Translations under genes and position numbers: made by a program
DNA from: a virus
DNA length: 64,000 bases
Virus record (IMG/VR): IMGVR_UViG_3300020147_000065
Span: 3,617-67,616 of that record
Strand: one strand, 5' to 3'
Notes under the pieces: generated by a model
What the model was told of the DNA's origin: nothing
Database searches by the model: none
Seen by the model: only the letters and a program-made list of their open reading frames with translations
Shown here: positions 17,149-27,322 of the stretch, in pieces
How the letters are laid out: the number at the start of each line of letters is the position of its first letter
Position numbering within the stretch: position 1 is the first letter of the stretch

Positions 17149-19230
17149 GTGAGTTCTATAGCCGATCTAGTTTATGTTCCTTTTGCTCTTAAAGAGTTAA
17201 AGGAAGATGTTAATATAACAAACCCTGCTCCTGGTGATACCTTACAACGTAGTGCTGAAGGTAAATGGATAAACACACCTATGGAGCAATTAACTGGTGC
17301 CCAAGGACCGCAAGGTGCTCAGGGATCGGCTGGTGCTCAGGGGCCGCAAGGCTCTGCTGGTGCTCAGGGGCCGCAGGGTTATGAAGGTATAGCTGGAACA
17401 CAGGGGCCGCAAGGCACACAAGGAAGACAAGGCTTTCAAGGTGTGCAGGGTGCAGTTGGTACACAGGGTACTCAGGGTATAGCCGGTGCGCAAGGTGCAA
17501 CTGGTTCACAAGGTACTCAGGGAGTTCAGGGTACTCAGGGTACTCAGGGTACTCAGGGAAGACAAGGATTCCAAGGTGTGCAAGGCACACAAGGAGTACA
17601 GGGTGCCGTAGGTGTACAAGGCCCACAAGGTATAACTGGTTCTCAAGGAGAAACTGGACCACAGGGTACTCAGGGTAGTCGTGGTTATCAAGGATACCAA
17701 GGTTATCAGGGAGCCGCAGGTGCTCAAGGTGTGCAAGGTGCTGTTGGTGTAGCAGGAGATACTGGTCCACAGGGTGCTCAAGGTTCAACTGGTGCGACCG
17801 GAGCGCAAGGTCCACAGGGAACACAGGGTTCTACCGGCGCTCAGGGAACTGCTGGAATTACTGGCCCACAAGGTGTGCAGGGTGCTGCTGGAACACAAGG
17901 TCCACAAGGTTATCAAGGTGCGACCGGGGCCGGAACTCAGGGACCACAAGGTGTGCAAGGTTCTCAGGGTGTTCCCGGTGAAAGCGCGGATATTGGTGCG
18001 CAAGGTCCGCAGGGTGCGACTGGACCACAAGGTGTACAGGGTGCGACTGGACAAGGATTTAACATTGCTAAATCTTATGCATCTGTTGCCGCCCTAACTG
18101 CGGATACTAATCCTTCTGATATACTACCTGGTGAGTTTGCGATTATCTTATCCACGGTTGATGATCCAGACAACTCTAAGTTATATCTCTGGGACGGCGA
18201 AGATTATATTTATACCTCTGATCTTTCGGGTGCGGCAGGTATTACCGGACCACAGGGTACACAGGGAGCTACCGGAGCACAGGGTGTGCAGGGTTCTCAA
18301 GGTGTAGCCGGTGCGACTGGTCCACAAGGGGATGCCGGTGAAGCCGGTGCTGCTGGACCACAGGGTGCAGCGGGGGCACAGGGACCGCAAGGAACTGCTG
18401 GTGCAGCCGGAGAAGCTGGTGAAGCTGGTGCCCAAGGTCCACAAGGATTTCAGGGCGCTGCCGGTGCTCAGGGAGCTACCGGAGCGCAAGGTTCTGCCGG
18501 AGCTACCGGAGCACAGGGACCACAGGGAGACGTTGGTGCTCAAGGATCAACTGGTGCTCAGGGTGCTGCGGGGGCGCAGGGCACACAAGGTGTAGCCGGA
18601 GCGCAGGGCGCAGCCGGAGCCGAAGGTCCGCAAGGTAATCAGGGGGCACAAGGTCCACAAGGTTATCAGGGTAGCCAAGGTGTTGCCGGTGCTCAGGGTC
18701 CGCAGGGAACACAAGGTTATCAGGGACTTACTGGTGAAGGAACACAGGGTCCGCAGGGAACACAGGGTCCGCAAGGCGCGTCAGGTGGAGGAGCAGGTGG
18801 AACGGGTGCGTCCATCTCTGTTGTTCAGAATAGTCATGGTTTCGCGGTTGGCGATGTTGTTCGTTTGAGTGGGTCAGCAACATACACAAAAGCTTTAGCT
18901 GATTCCGCAGCAAACGCTGAAGTAGCGGGTATTGTTTCGGCTGTTGCAGATTCTAACAATTTTACTCTGAGTCTTGTCGGACAGGTAACCGGTCTAACTG
19001 GTCTTTCGGCAGAAACGCTTTACTTTCTGAGTCCAACGGTGGCCGGTGCTATGACATCTACCGAACCAACAGTCACCGGTCAAATTAGTAAACCTGTATT
19101 TTTGGCAGACACAACAACATCAGGTTTTGTTATCACACAAATGCGCGGATACATTATATCAGATACCGGTGGTGCTGTAGGAGGATCATCGGTGGGCGGT
19201 AATATTTATCTGAGTCGCAACTTCATTTAA
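17149..19230 (+). CDS. Collagen-like fibre protein (long Gly-X-Gln tracts)
   Basis: Two long (G-A/P/T/V-Q)n segments separated by a globular insert; C-terminal HGFAVGD domain. Confidence 0.9.
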   Translation: MSSIADLVYVPFALKELKEDVNITNPAPGDTLQRSAEGKWINTPMEQLTGAQGPQGAQGSAGAQGPQGSAGAQGPQGYEGIAGTQGPQGTQGRQGFQGVQGAVGTQGTQGIAGAQGATGSQGTQGVQGTQGTQGTQGRQGFQGVQGTQGVQGAVGVQGPQGITGSQGETGPQGTQGSRGYQGYQGYQGAAGAQGVQGAVGVAGDTGPQGAQGSTGATGAQGPQGTQGSTGAQGTAGITGPQGVQGAAGTQGPQGYQGATGAGTQGPQGVQGSQGVPGESADIGAQGPQGATGPQGVQGATGQGFNIAKSYASVAALTADTNPSDILPGEFAIILSTVDDPDNSKLYLWDGEDYIYTSDLSGAAGITGPQGTQGATGAQGVQGSQGVAGATGPQGDAGEAGAAGPQGAAGAQGPQGTAGAAGEAGEAGAQGPQGFQGAAGAQGATGAQGSAGATGAQGPQGDVGAQGSTGAQGAAGAQGTQGVAGAQGAAGAEGPQGNQGAQGPQGYQGSQGVAGAQGPQGTQGYQGLTGEGTQGPQGTQGPQGASGGGAGGTGASISVVQNSHGFAVGDVVRLSGSATYTKALADSAANAEVAGIVSAVADSNNFTLSLVGQVTGLTGLSAETLYFLSPTVAGAMTSTEPTVTGQISKPVFLADTTTSGFVITQMRGYIISDTGGAVGGSSVGGNIYLSRNFI

Positions 19231-19240
19231 GGTATTTATT

Positions 19241-19636
19241 ATGGCAAATGAACCCAATTTCGTAGCAACACCTCGTAACGCAATAGCACAGGTTAGCGCG
19301 GCAAATACCGCTCGTGATGGCACGGGCACTGTTGTCACAGTTTTTACAGCGGGTGCCTCTGGTTCTCGTATAGATCGCATTACCATCGAGGCTGTGGCAA
19401 CAACAACGGCAGGAATGATTCGTCTTTTTGTTAATGACGGTAGTAATTCCCGTTTATGGCGTGAAGTATCTGTTTCAGCGATTACGCCCAGTGGAACGGT
19501 GGCAACTTTTACAACTGAAATCAACAGTAGTAATAGTGCTTTACCTTTGCTTATTTTACCAAATGGCTACTCGTTACGTGCCTCAACACATAACGCGGAG
19601 ACATTTAATATTATAGCAGAGGGTGGAGATTTTTAA
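19241..19636 (+). CDS. Small beta-rich virion/fibre-associated protein
   Basis: ANTARDGTGT..VFTAGASGSRIDRI...GGDF; context. Confidence 0.6.
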   Translation: MANEPNFVATPRNAIAQVSAANTARDGTGTVVTVFTAGASGSRIDRITIEAVATTTAGMIRLFVNDGSNSRLWREVSVSAITPSGTVATFTTEINSSNSALPLLILPNGYSLRASTHNAETFNIIAEGGDF

Positions 19637-20361
19637 TGAGCAACGGGCTTTTTGGTTTTCCCAGTGGAGCGGCAACTCAAAACAGAGGTTTTACTAAACC
19701 TACCGCGGGTAGTCGTCTGAATCCATCACACAGCTTGGCTTCTGGATTAAGAGCACGTTACCTTTTTAATGAATCGGGTGTAGTAATTCAGGATTATTCG
19801 GCCAACTGTTATCATCTTACACTTTCTGGTGACTGGAAAAGAGTTCAAACTCCAGAAGGTATGGCTGTTAACTTTATTAAAGCGACCGGTAAAAAAGGTA
19901 ATGCGTTCGTTGCAAGTAATCTTGGTATCACCAACACCTTTACGTTGTGGTGTCGCTTCAAAGTAACCGCATTAAATGCGGCTGGTGCGTTAATGAAACT
20001 CGGAGCTAATAATGATGGAATCGGATTTGGTATTGGGGACACCACAATGGATGCAGCAGGTAATAAATTAGTTGCACTTGCTGAAAATGTAGTGTGGCAT
20101 CCAACGACCGTGACCATTACTACGGAGTATTTAAATATCGCCCTTACAGCCAACACAATTTATAACCGCGATGTTATAGCTAAAACCAGTGTTTATTTTT
20201 CTAATCCCGGCAACCTGTTTAGTGTCGGTGGATACACTGCGATTGGTGCAGTAGAACGTTACCTTGATTGCATTGTTCAATCCGTGGGCGTATGGAACAG
20301 AGCTTTAACGGCAAATGAATTGGGGTTATTAGAGAACAACCCATATTGTGATTTTGCATAA
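19636..20361 (+). CDS. LamG/concanavalin-A-like domain protein
   Basis: GLRARYLFNESG..DYSAN, FTLWCRFK, VGVWNRALTANE. Confidence 0.75.
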   Translation: MSNGLFGFPSGAATQNRGFTKPTAGSRLNPSHSLASGLRARYLFNESGVVIQDYSANCYHLTLSGDWKRVQTPEGMAVNFIKATGKKGNAFVASNLGITNTFTLWCRFKVTALNAAGALMKLGANNDGIGFGIGDTTMDAAGNKLVALAENVVWHPTTVTITTEYLNIALTANTIYNRDVIAKTSVYFSNPGNLFSVGGYTAIGAVERYLDCIVQSVGVWNRALTANELGLLENNPYCDFA

Positions 20362-20383
20362 GACTCACGCAGGAGAATGTTAA

Positions 20384-21514
20384 ATGGCAAACAGTGTATT
20401 ACCGGGATTAGCATATCAAGGACCACAGGGTGTTCAGGGTGTTCAGGGTGTTCAGGGAGCACAAGGATACCAGGGAGCACAAGGATACCAGGGAGCTACC
20501 GGATCAGGTGCTCAGGGACCGCAAGGTGTTCAGGGACCACAGGGGGCTGACGGCGGCGGTGGAGGCGGAAGTGGTAGTGGTGACAGCCTTACCATTAATG
20601 TCTCACAGACAGCCCACGGTTTTGCTGTTGGTGATCTTGTAAGACACAACGGAACAACTTATGTAAAAGCACAGGCTGACAGTGCAACAAATGCTAACGT
20701 CGCAGGTATGGTTAAAACTGTAACCGACGCTAATAACTTTGTACTTACATTGCCCGGCTCTTATATAACTGGTTTGTCTGGTCTGACAGCAGGAGAGACA
20801 TACTTTCTCTCACCGTCATCTGCCGGAGCGATGACGGCTACCGAGCCTTCAACAACTGGACAGATAAGAAAAGTTGTTCTCATTGCGACCAGCACAACAG
20901 CCGGTATTCTTCAATCAGACATTGGCTTTTTGTTACAAACAGCAGTAGCTTATGAGACCACGGTTGCTCCCGGTAAATTTAGAACCAGTGGTGCCGTAGT
21001 TCAGTTTGGTATTCCCGGCAGAAGTCCAGCGGCGGCGGCTACAACTTTTGCTTTCACAGCCAACCGAATTTATTATGAACCAATTATGGTAGAAGATACC
21101 ATAACACTTGATAGAATTATCGCTGAGGTTACAACATTAATTACATCTTCCACAATTCGTCTTGGTATTTACAATGCTGACGAAAACTGGCAGCCCACTA
21201 CTCTTGTATTAGATGCTGGAACCATTGATTCTGCCACCACGGGAGTAAAGACAATTACAATCAACCAGATTCTAACTCGTGGACGTTATCTACTTGCGTT
21301 GCATAGTGGACATGCACCAACTGTTCGAGCATTGTTGATGGCTGGTTCAATTACTGGACCAATTGCCCCCGCTGTGGGTACTAACTCCAATATAGTTCAA
21401 CTATATAAAGCAAGTCAGGCGTATGCTGCTTATGCTTCCAGTGGAGTTCAATGGGATACAGCAGTGGCAGCCAACACAGCATTTAGACATGCGGCAATGT
21501 TGAGGTGGACATAA
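20384..21514 (+). CDS. Collagen-like fibre protein 2
   Basis: Short Gly-X-Gln tract plus HGFAVGD domain paralogous to the 17149 C-terminus. Confidence 0.85.
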   Translation: MANSVLPGLAYQGPQGVQGVQGVQGAQGYQGAQGYQGATGSGAQGPQGVQGPQGADGGGGGGSGSGDSLTINVSQTAHGFAVGDLVRHNGTTYVKAQADSATNANVAGMVKTVTDANNFVLTLPGSYITGLSGLTAGETYFLSPSSAGAMTATEPSTTGQIRKVVLIATSTTAGILQSDIGFLLQTAVAYETTVAPGKFRTSGAVVQFGIPGRSPAAAATTFAFTANRIYYEPIMVEDTITLDRIIAEVTTLITSSTIRLGIYNADENWQPTTLVLDAGTIDSATTGVKTITINQILTRGRYLLALHSGHAPTVRALLMAGSITGPIAPAVGTNSNIVQLYKASQAYAAYASSGVQWDTAVAANTAFRHAAMLRWT

Positions 21515-21822
21515 TGAATAAGAGATACAACGAAGAGTATGGAATTGGAGGATTTAATCCTTCTCTTCCTGATAATAATCTTGTGAGTAGGGAAGAAATT
21601 CCCTACTCATGGGAGGAAATTCGAGAATTAAGAGAGCCACTTCTTGTGGAAGCGGATATTCTTATTAATCGTGCAACTGATTTGTCACTCACCGCGGGTA
21701 ATGTGAATGCAGATTATCTGAAAGCTTTAAGCGAATATCGCATGGCCCTAAGAGACATCACAAAAACATACGAAAATCCCAACGATGTTGAGTGGCCCGT
21801 TAAGCCGGAGGTAATAGTTTAA
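21514..21822 (+). CDS. Phage tail fibre assembly chaperone
   Basis: WEEIRELREPLLVEAD...YRMALRDIT...VEWPVKP. Confidence 0.85.
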   Translation: MNKRYNEEYGIGGFNPSLPDNNLVSREEIPYSWEEIRELREPLLVEADILINRATDLSLTAGNVNADYLKALSEYRMALRDITKTYENPNDVEWPVKPEVIV

Positions 21823-22673
21823 TGGCAACTACCGCACTAACACAATCAAATATACGCGGACCACAGGGAACACAAGGCTTTCAGGGTAATCAGGGAACAC
21901 AAGGTGTGCAAGGCACCCAAGGATTTCAAGGTAACCAAGGATTTCAAGGATTCCAAGGTAACCAAGGCACTCAGGGAGTGCAGGGACCACAACCTTCTTT
22001 AAACGGCACCTCTACTACTTCCATATTAATGGGTAACGGCACGAAAGTGTTCACAACTCAAGCTAACCTTGCATGGAGTAATGGATATAGAATTCGAGTA
22101 TCACAAACTTCTGATCCATCAGCAAACTACATGGAAGGAGTTGTCTCTTCTTATTCCGATACAACATTAACTGTTACAATAGATTATGTTGTAGGAAGCG
22201 GAACACTAAGTGATTGGAGCTTTGCTCTTGCGGGAGAAAGAGGCGCTCAGGGAGCAGCCGGAGCAACAGGAGCACAGGGAAGTGGAGGAGCAGGAACAAT
22301 GTCTCGTGCAAGCGTAGTTGTTACAACGGCTTCACTTGCTGATCTTGCTACTGAAAATGCTGCGCCCACAATTGCAAAGACCGCACTATTACTTTCCGTC
22401 CAAACTGATCGTGCGGCATGGGTAAGAGTTTATAATTCGGCGGCGGCTCGGACAGCCGACGCCTCACGTTCAATTGCTGACGACCCCGTGGCAAGCAGTG
22501 GAGTAGTAGCTGAAATAATTACCACCGGAGCCGAGACAATCAATCTTGCACCACCATATGAAATTTATAGCGCAGAGGCGGTCCCCTCTGCTAATCTATC
22601 TGTCGCTATTCAGAACAGAAGTGGTAGCACATCAACGGTCCAAGTAACATTCACCTATCTGGTATTGGAGTAA
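21822..22673 (+). CDS. Collagen-like fibre protein 3
   Basis: NIRGPQG(T/F/N)Q tract; GTSTTSI..G.GTKVFTTQ...YMEGVVSSY domain. Confidence 0.8.
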   Translation: MATTALTQSNIRGPQGTQGFQGNQGTQGVQGTQGFQGNQGFQGFQGNQGTQGVQGPQPSLNGTSTTSILMGNGTKVFTTQANLAWSNGYRIRVSQTSDPSANYMEGVVSSYSDTTLTVTIDYVVGSGTLSDWSFALAGERGAQGAAGATGAQGSGGAGTMSRASVVVTTASLADLATENAAPTIAKTALLLSVQTDRAAWVRVYNSAAARTADASRSIADDPVASSGVVAEIITTGAETINLAPPYEIYSAEAVPSANLSVAIQNRSGSTSTVQVTFTYLVLE

Positions 22674-22674
22674 A

Positions 22675-23565
22675 ATGGCAACAGCAAGTAATACACTCAA
22701 CCTGGGTATCTCCACCGACGCGGCGTTTCGTGCTTGGGCATCTGTCATATCTACTCGTCTTGGGGATATGGGACTTGTGAAGTTAGTTATCTCTGGTGAG
22801 ATTGATATGGGTACAGTTACTAAACCAAACCCAAGCACAAGTAACTGGCCGTATGATGGTTTTGAGTCTAAGGGTTTTCAAATCTGGAGACTCGATGATG
22901 CTTTACAAGCAGCATATCCTGTGTATTTAAAAATTGAATATGGTGGTCAGCAAATCAACACTCCCTGGTGGACTGAATATGGTGCCGCTCTTAGACTTAC
23001 ATTAGGTAGAGGTTACAGTGGAACAGATTTAACAAATGCAACTGCAAGTAAGGTCGTTTATAGTTATCCCCATGCATCAACTGAATGTCGTTTTAGCGGC
23101 TCGACTTCTCGATTTGCAGCATTAATCGGTAATATATTTTTCGCATTCGAAAGAATAAAAGATTATGCTGGAAATGATACAGGTATCGGAGCCTCAATCA
23201 TAGGGGATAGTTATCATGCCGTGGATGGCTCCACAGTATATGGCATAGATTACAAATGGCAGATGACTCTATTAAGCTCCGGTAGTAATCCACCAACCGA
23301 AAGTCGGTGGGGAGTTTTGCTTCCAACTACTGCCGATGGTGTGATAAACACAGAGAGTCATGGTTACACTGTCCATCCTTTTACACCGAGACAAGAACAC
23401 GCATTATTAAATGCGCTTGTCTTCTTTACTGGTAACCTTGTTTCTGGAACTGAATATGATATTTCTGTGTCGGGTAAGAGTAGACATTATTTGTTCGTAG
23501 GAGAACATAATTATATTACTACTATACGACCAACTGAAGTATCGCTTGCAATGCGCTGGGAGTAA
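22675..23565 (+). CDS. Hypothetical virion-associated protein
   Basis: ORF track; context. Confidence 0.55.
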   Translation: MATASNTLNLGISTDAAFRAWASVISTRLGDMGLVKLVISGEIDMGTVTKPNPSTSNWPYDGFESKGFQIWRLDDALQAAYPVYLKIEYGGQQINTPWWTEYGAALRLTLGRGYSGTDLTNATASKVVYSYPHASTECRFSGSTSRFAALIGNIFFAFERIKDYAGNDTGIGASIIGDSYHAVDGSTVYGIDYKWQMTLLSSGSNPPTESRWGVLLPTTADGVINTESHGYTVHPFTPRQEHALLNALVFFTGNLVSGTEYDISVSGKSRHYLFVGEHNYITTIRPTEVSLAMRWE

Positions 23566-23567
23566 CT

Positions 23568-24311
23568 ATGATTCCATATATTTTTAATTTTATTCATCTG
23601 GGCGACAAGAAACTTAGCCTCGAAAAAAGAGCTTACATCCAAAGTTTTAAAGACACTAATCCTAATGCAGAGATAAAGGTGTGGTCTAATGCTGATGTTC
23701 AAGCTCTTACATTGCCTGAATCATTCTATAAAGAAGAAGATTTCCGTGCGAAGAGTGACGTTCTTCGTTATTGGATTTTAGCCAACCACGGGGGAATCTA
23801 TTGCGACACGGACGTAATCTCTTTAAATTCATGGGAAGAATGGCTTCAAGGCAAAGAAGTTTTTGTAGCCCAGTATGATGTCGGACGACTTGCACTTACC
23901 AATGCTATCATGGGTGCAGCTCCGGGTAACGCATTCTTTCCAAAACTTGTTGATATGCTACCCGGTGCTGAAGTAATCTTTCGTAATGGTGGTTATCTAC
24001 AGAGAGTCGGTTCTCATTTGATTGACCTTTTGCTTGCTACTGGTAAATACCCCGAAGTCCATCGAATTGAACCGGACAAAACTTGTTCGTTGACACTTGC
24101 AGAAAGAGCCAAGGGTGTTATACCAAATCTCATTAAACTCAAGGAAGAAGGCGCTCTTTGCGTTCACCTTTGGGCAACTGCCGGAGATCAACCAAGTATA
24201 GCTAAAACCTATCCTGCTCTGGCAAATGCTATGTTAAATGCTTTGGGTCATGACCACATATTCTTTGGTGAAGACCCAGACCTTCTACCAGAACCAAGGA
24301 ACAATAAATGA
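23568..24311 (+). CDS. Glycosyltransferase, DXD sugar-binding (GT32/OCH1-like)
   Basis: MIPYIFNFIHLG, KSDVLRYWILANHGGIYCDTD, NAIMGAAPG, VHLW. Confidence 0.9.
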   Translation: MIPYIFNFIHLGDKKLSLEKRAYIQSFKDTNPNAEIKVWSNADVQALTLPESFYKEEDFRAKSDVLRYWILANHGGIYCDTDVISLNSWEEWLQGKEVFVAQYDVGRLALTNAIMGAAPGNAFFPKLVDMLPGAEVIFRNGGYLQRVGSHLIDLLLATGKYPEVHRIEPDKTCSLTLAERAKGVIPNLIKLKEEGALCVHLWATAGDQPSIAKTYPALANAMLNALGHDHIFFGEDPDLLPEPRNNK

Positions 24312-24715
24312 ATGTTAATGTAACCTTTCAGAACACACAAGCATCATATGAGTGGCCGGGTTTTACATGGAGACTTAATAGAGTCACAGGCTCCAGTTGT
24401 GAAGGTTACACCACTGAGGTCGCTGCCACCAGTACTACTCCCAACGGTTTCGCAGTAACATTACCCTCTGGTCTTGCTGCCGCAGACCACGGTACTACTC
24501 AGGTTGCTGTGGTTACCCCGCCAACTTCGGGTGATATTAACTACTATTATTTCCTTGAAGTATGGGCAGCTATTGATTCTGGTTATGGTGATCCAAACTA
24601 TGATCGCTGGATGAACAGTGCATCACCTTTTCAAGTACTCGTTCTTGATAGTGTTGATGCCGGAATGAGGACACGACCAATGAGAGGTGCTGTCTGGCCT
24701 CGTAATATACGTTGA
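24308..24715 (+). CDS. Hypothetical protein
   Basis: ORF track; ATGA-type coupling. Confidence 0.55.
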   Translation: MNVNVTFQNTQASYEWPGFTWRLNRVTGSSCEGYTTEVAATSTTPNGFAVTLPSGLAAADHGTTQVAVVTPPTSGDINYYYFLEVWAAIDSGYGDPNYDRWMNSASPFQVLVLDSVDAGMRTRPMRGAVWPRNIR

Positions 24716-24740
24716 CGAAATGAGGAATTTGTGCTATACT
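24712..24740 (+). promoter_or_regulatory. sigma70-type promoter
   Basis: TTGACG-N17-TATACT. Confidence 0.7.
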
Positions 24741-24770
24741 AATTCCTCATTCCATTTTGATCGGAGTCTT

Positions 24771-26036
24771 ATGTTGTTTTCTATTTTTACCCCCACTAAT
24801 CGCCCGGACTATCTTCTTGAACTATATGAAAGTCTTTTAGCACAAAAGTACACCAACTGGGAGTGGATTATTGTTCCCAACGGTGGTTGTCGTATTCCTG
24901 ATGTGATTCTGGAGAATAAGAAAGTTATTGTGCGTGAACCAGGCGTACCAAATTCTAATATCGGTGCTCTAAAGAGATTTGCGTGTTCCCTTGCCTCTGG
25001 AGACATTCTCGTTGAGGTAGATCATGATGACATGCTTTTACCAAACTGTTTGGATGAATTAAATTACTGGTTCAATAGACCGGAAAATTATGGTTTTGTC
25101 TATTCAGACAATTTAGTTCTCTCTGATAACTTTATACCATTTAATTCCGCATTTGGTTGGACACATGATAAAATTACCCTAAATGATTACAAACAGGGTA
25201 GTGGATTAACTTCAACGGAATGCATTCGAATGCATTCCTTCGAGCCATCCGCGGCATCAATGGCTTTTATATGGTATGCTCCCGACCACGTAAGAGCTTG
25301 GAGAAAAAACGTATATTGGCAGATTGGTGGACATAATGCTGAGATGGATGTATTAGACGATCATGAATTGTTGATACGTACTTATTTGCATACTCCGATG
25401 GCCAAGACAATGAATCCTCTCTACATCTACCGGCATACGGGTCACAACACATCAATGAGTTCTGAAAAGAATGCAAAGATACAGAAAGGTACTGTTGAAT
25501 TATTTCACACCTACGGGTTTGATCTCGTACAACGCGAAGCCGATCTCCGCGGTTTGAGAAAGCTTGATCTTGGTGGTGGATTTAATGCCCCAAGAGGCTA
25601 CGAAACAGTTGATCTCGTTAATGGAGACATTACATGCGACCTGAATGAGCCTTGGCCGTTTGAAGATGGTAGTGTTGGAGTTCTACGTGCCCATCATATC
25701 TTCGAGCATCTAAAGAATCCTTTATTCACAATGCAGGAAGCACATAGAGTACTTGCAGATGGTGGTTGGTTAATGGTTGAAGTGCCATCCACGGATGGTA
25801 GGGGAGCATGGTGTGATCCCACGCATGTTTCTTACTGGAATCAGGTAAGTTTTTTCTACTATACTCGTGCTGAACAAGCGGGGTATATTTATAATGATAC
25901 CGCCAAATTTCAGGAATTCAGATTGGAAACGCGTTATCCAAACCCCTATTTCGAAGCCAATCACATTCCATGCGTAACATTTTGGGGTAGAGCAATAAAA
26001 TCTAATGAGCGACGACCTCATTTAATTCAGGTGTAA
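24771..26036 (+). CDS. GT2 glycosyltransferase fused to class I SAM-methyltransferase domain
   Basis: FSIFTPT, NWEWII, EVDHDD, DDHELL; C-terminal LDLGGG...HIFEH...LADGGWLMVEVP..DPTH. Confidence 0.88.
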   Translation: MLFSIFTPTNRPDYLLELYESLLAQKYTNWEWIIVPNGGCRIPDVILENKKVIVREPGVPNSNIGALKRFACSLASGDILVEVDHDDMLLPNCLDELNYWFNRPENYGFVYSDNLVLSDNFIPFNSAFGWTHDKITLNDYKQGSGLTSTECIRMHSFEPSAASMAFIWYAPDHVRAWRKNVYWQIGGHNAEMDVLDDHELLIRTYLHTPMAKTMNPLYIYRHTGHNTSMSSEKNAKIQKGTVELFHTYGFDLVQREADLRGLRKLDLGGGFNAPRGYETVDLVNGDITCDLNEPWPFEDGSVGVLRAHHIFEHLKNPLFTMQEAHRVLADGGWLMVEVPSTDGRGAWCDPTHVSYWNQVSFFYYTRAEQAGYIYNDTAKFQEFRLETRYPNPYFEANHIPCVTFWGRAIKSNERRPHLIQV

Positions 26037-26038
26037 GC

Positions 26039-26881
26039 ATGAAATATACTAAAACCATTTCCTTAAATCTCGGAGCAGTTAACGCTGGTTTGACTTTGGA
26101 AGCCCAACCTGTTGATCAGACTGGTGCTGATTCCGGCGATCCAATTGACACTGGCTTTGTTGAACTATTCCCTGGTAACTATCTATGGACAGGTGAATTG
26201 GAAGAAACACTCCGTGGTGCGGTTAAGTTCAAGAACATGGACACGGGCCAGTTTTATGGTGCCGTAGCCGTTGAACCTAATCCGGTTAGTGGTTTTGGTC
26301 CTTATGTGGTCACGATACTCGTAAAGAGTCTTACATCAGGATTACCTATTGCGAACGCCTCAGTACGTTTATTTAATGATACAGAGGACGTAAGCAAGAC
26401 TACAGGTGTTGATGGATTAGTTTCATTAAATGTGAAATCCGGTACATTCAAACGTATAGTTAGTGCAGGTGGATTTGTAACTGTATCTGACGAGGTTGAT
26501 GTTGTAGGAGACGAGGAATTATCTGACGTATCTCTTTCAATCCAATCAATTCCTGTTGTTGAAACAGAAGGTATGACCATTGTCACCTGTCTTGCTTCTG
26601 ATTTTGGTAAACCACAAAAGAATGTGAAGTTTGTTTTGAGTTTCGAAGATAAGAGTAAGAACTTCGTTAACGGTGTATTTCAACCTGATAAAGAACAGGA
26701 AGGTTATACAAATGCTAATGGTAGAGCCGAACTTCAAGTTTGGCCAAGCTATGTTCTTCAAGACAATGATTTTGAACCGGCAACATATGCCGCCTACGTG
26801 GATGGCACCTTTATAGGTAGAGTACTTGTTCCATCAGGTGGAGGAAATCTTTCTGATTTAATTATAGCGGAAGATGATTAA
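26039..26881 (+). CDS. Ig/transthyretin-like (carboxypeptidase-regulatory-like) domain protein
   Basis: GLPIANASVRL...TTGVDG, TNANGRA motifs. Confidence 0.6.
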   Translation: MKYTKTISLNLGAVNAGLTLEAQPVDQTGADSGDPIDTGFVELFPGNYLWTGELEETLRGAVKFKNMDTGQFYGAVAVEPNPVSGFGPYVVTILVKSLTSGLPIANASVRLFNDTEDVSKTTGVDGLVSLNVKSGTFKRIVSAGGFVTVSDEVDVVGDEELSDVSLSIQSIPVVETEGMTIVTCLASDFGKPQKNVKFVLSFEDKSKNFVNGVFQPDKEQEGYTNANGRAELQVWPSYVLQDNDFEPATYAAYVDGTFIGRVLVPSGGGNLSDLIIAEDD

Positions 26882-26882
26882 C

Positions 26883-26913
26883 GAAAAGGCCATGCTTTAT
26901 GCATGGCCTTTTC
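26883..26913. terminator. Bidirectional terminator at strand switch
   Basis: GAAAAGGCCATGC-TTTAT-GCATGGCCTTTTC. Confidence 0.85.
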
Positions 26914-26914
26914 C

Positions 26915-27292
26915 TTAGATTATTGTCGGTGGATATTGATGCATTGGAAGGAGACGCCCAGGAATCAATTCTCCTGTTTCAGTGTCGTAATAGTTTAACG
27001 CAGGATAAATTTCTGAGGGGCGTCTTCTCACTAAACAAGGACCACTCATAGTTTTCACCGTCATGGTCACACAATCTGGAGTAACAAATTCGATTCGCCC
27101 TATGAAGACATTGTTACCATCCCTAAATTCAGCCACATAACCTTTCTTAGCTGATTTAAACCAGAACGCATTAAATCGCCTGATCTTTTCTTTGTATTCT
27201 TTCTTTTCCTTTCCACAGCAATAAAGTCTATGGGAAAGTAATACAATACAAATCAGACCCATAATAATTAAAAGAGTTAAACCCCTGTCCAT
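26915..27292 (-). CDS. Hypothetical protein with N-terminal TM helix
   Basis: ORF track; AGGAG RBS. Confidence 0.65.
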   Translation of the reverse strand: MDRGLTLLIIMGLICIVLLSHRLYCCGKEKKEYKEKIRRFNAFWFKSAKKGYVAEFRDGNNVFIGRIEFVTPDCVTMTVKTMSGPCLVRRRPSEIYPALNYYDTETGELIPGRLLPMHQYPPTII

Positions 27293-27322
27293 TTTAGGCT
27301 CCTACATATTCTCTTTTCCCTG

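Noticed and set aside
17290..18790. Dense 9-bp-period repeats (CAGGGTACT, CAAGGT...) as CRISPR array or VNTR
   Set aside because: They encode Gly-X-Gln collagen triplets with synonymous variation; no repeat-spacer structure and no cas genes.
17279..18913. Antisense and alternate-frame ORFs over the collagen gene
   Set aside because: Shadow ORFs caused by the repetitive, stop-poor sequence.
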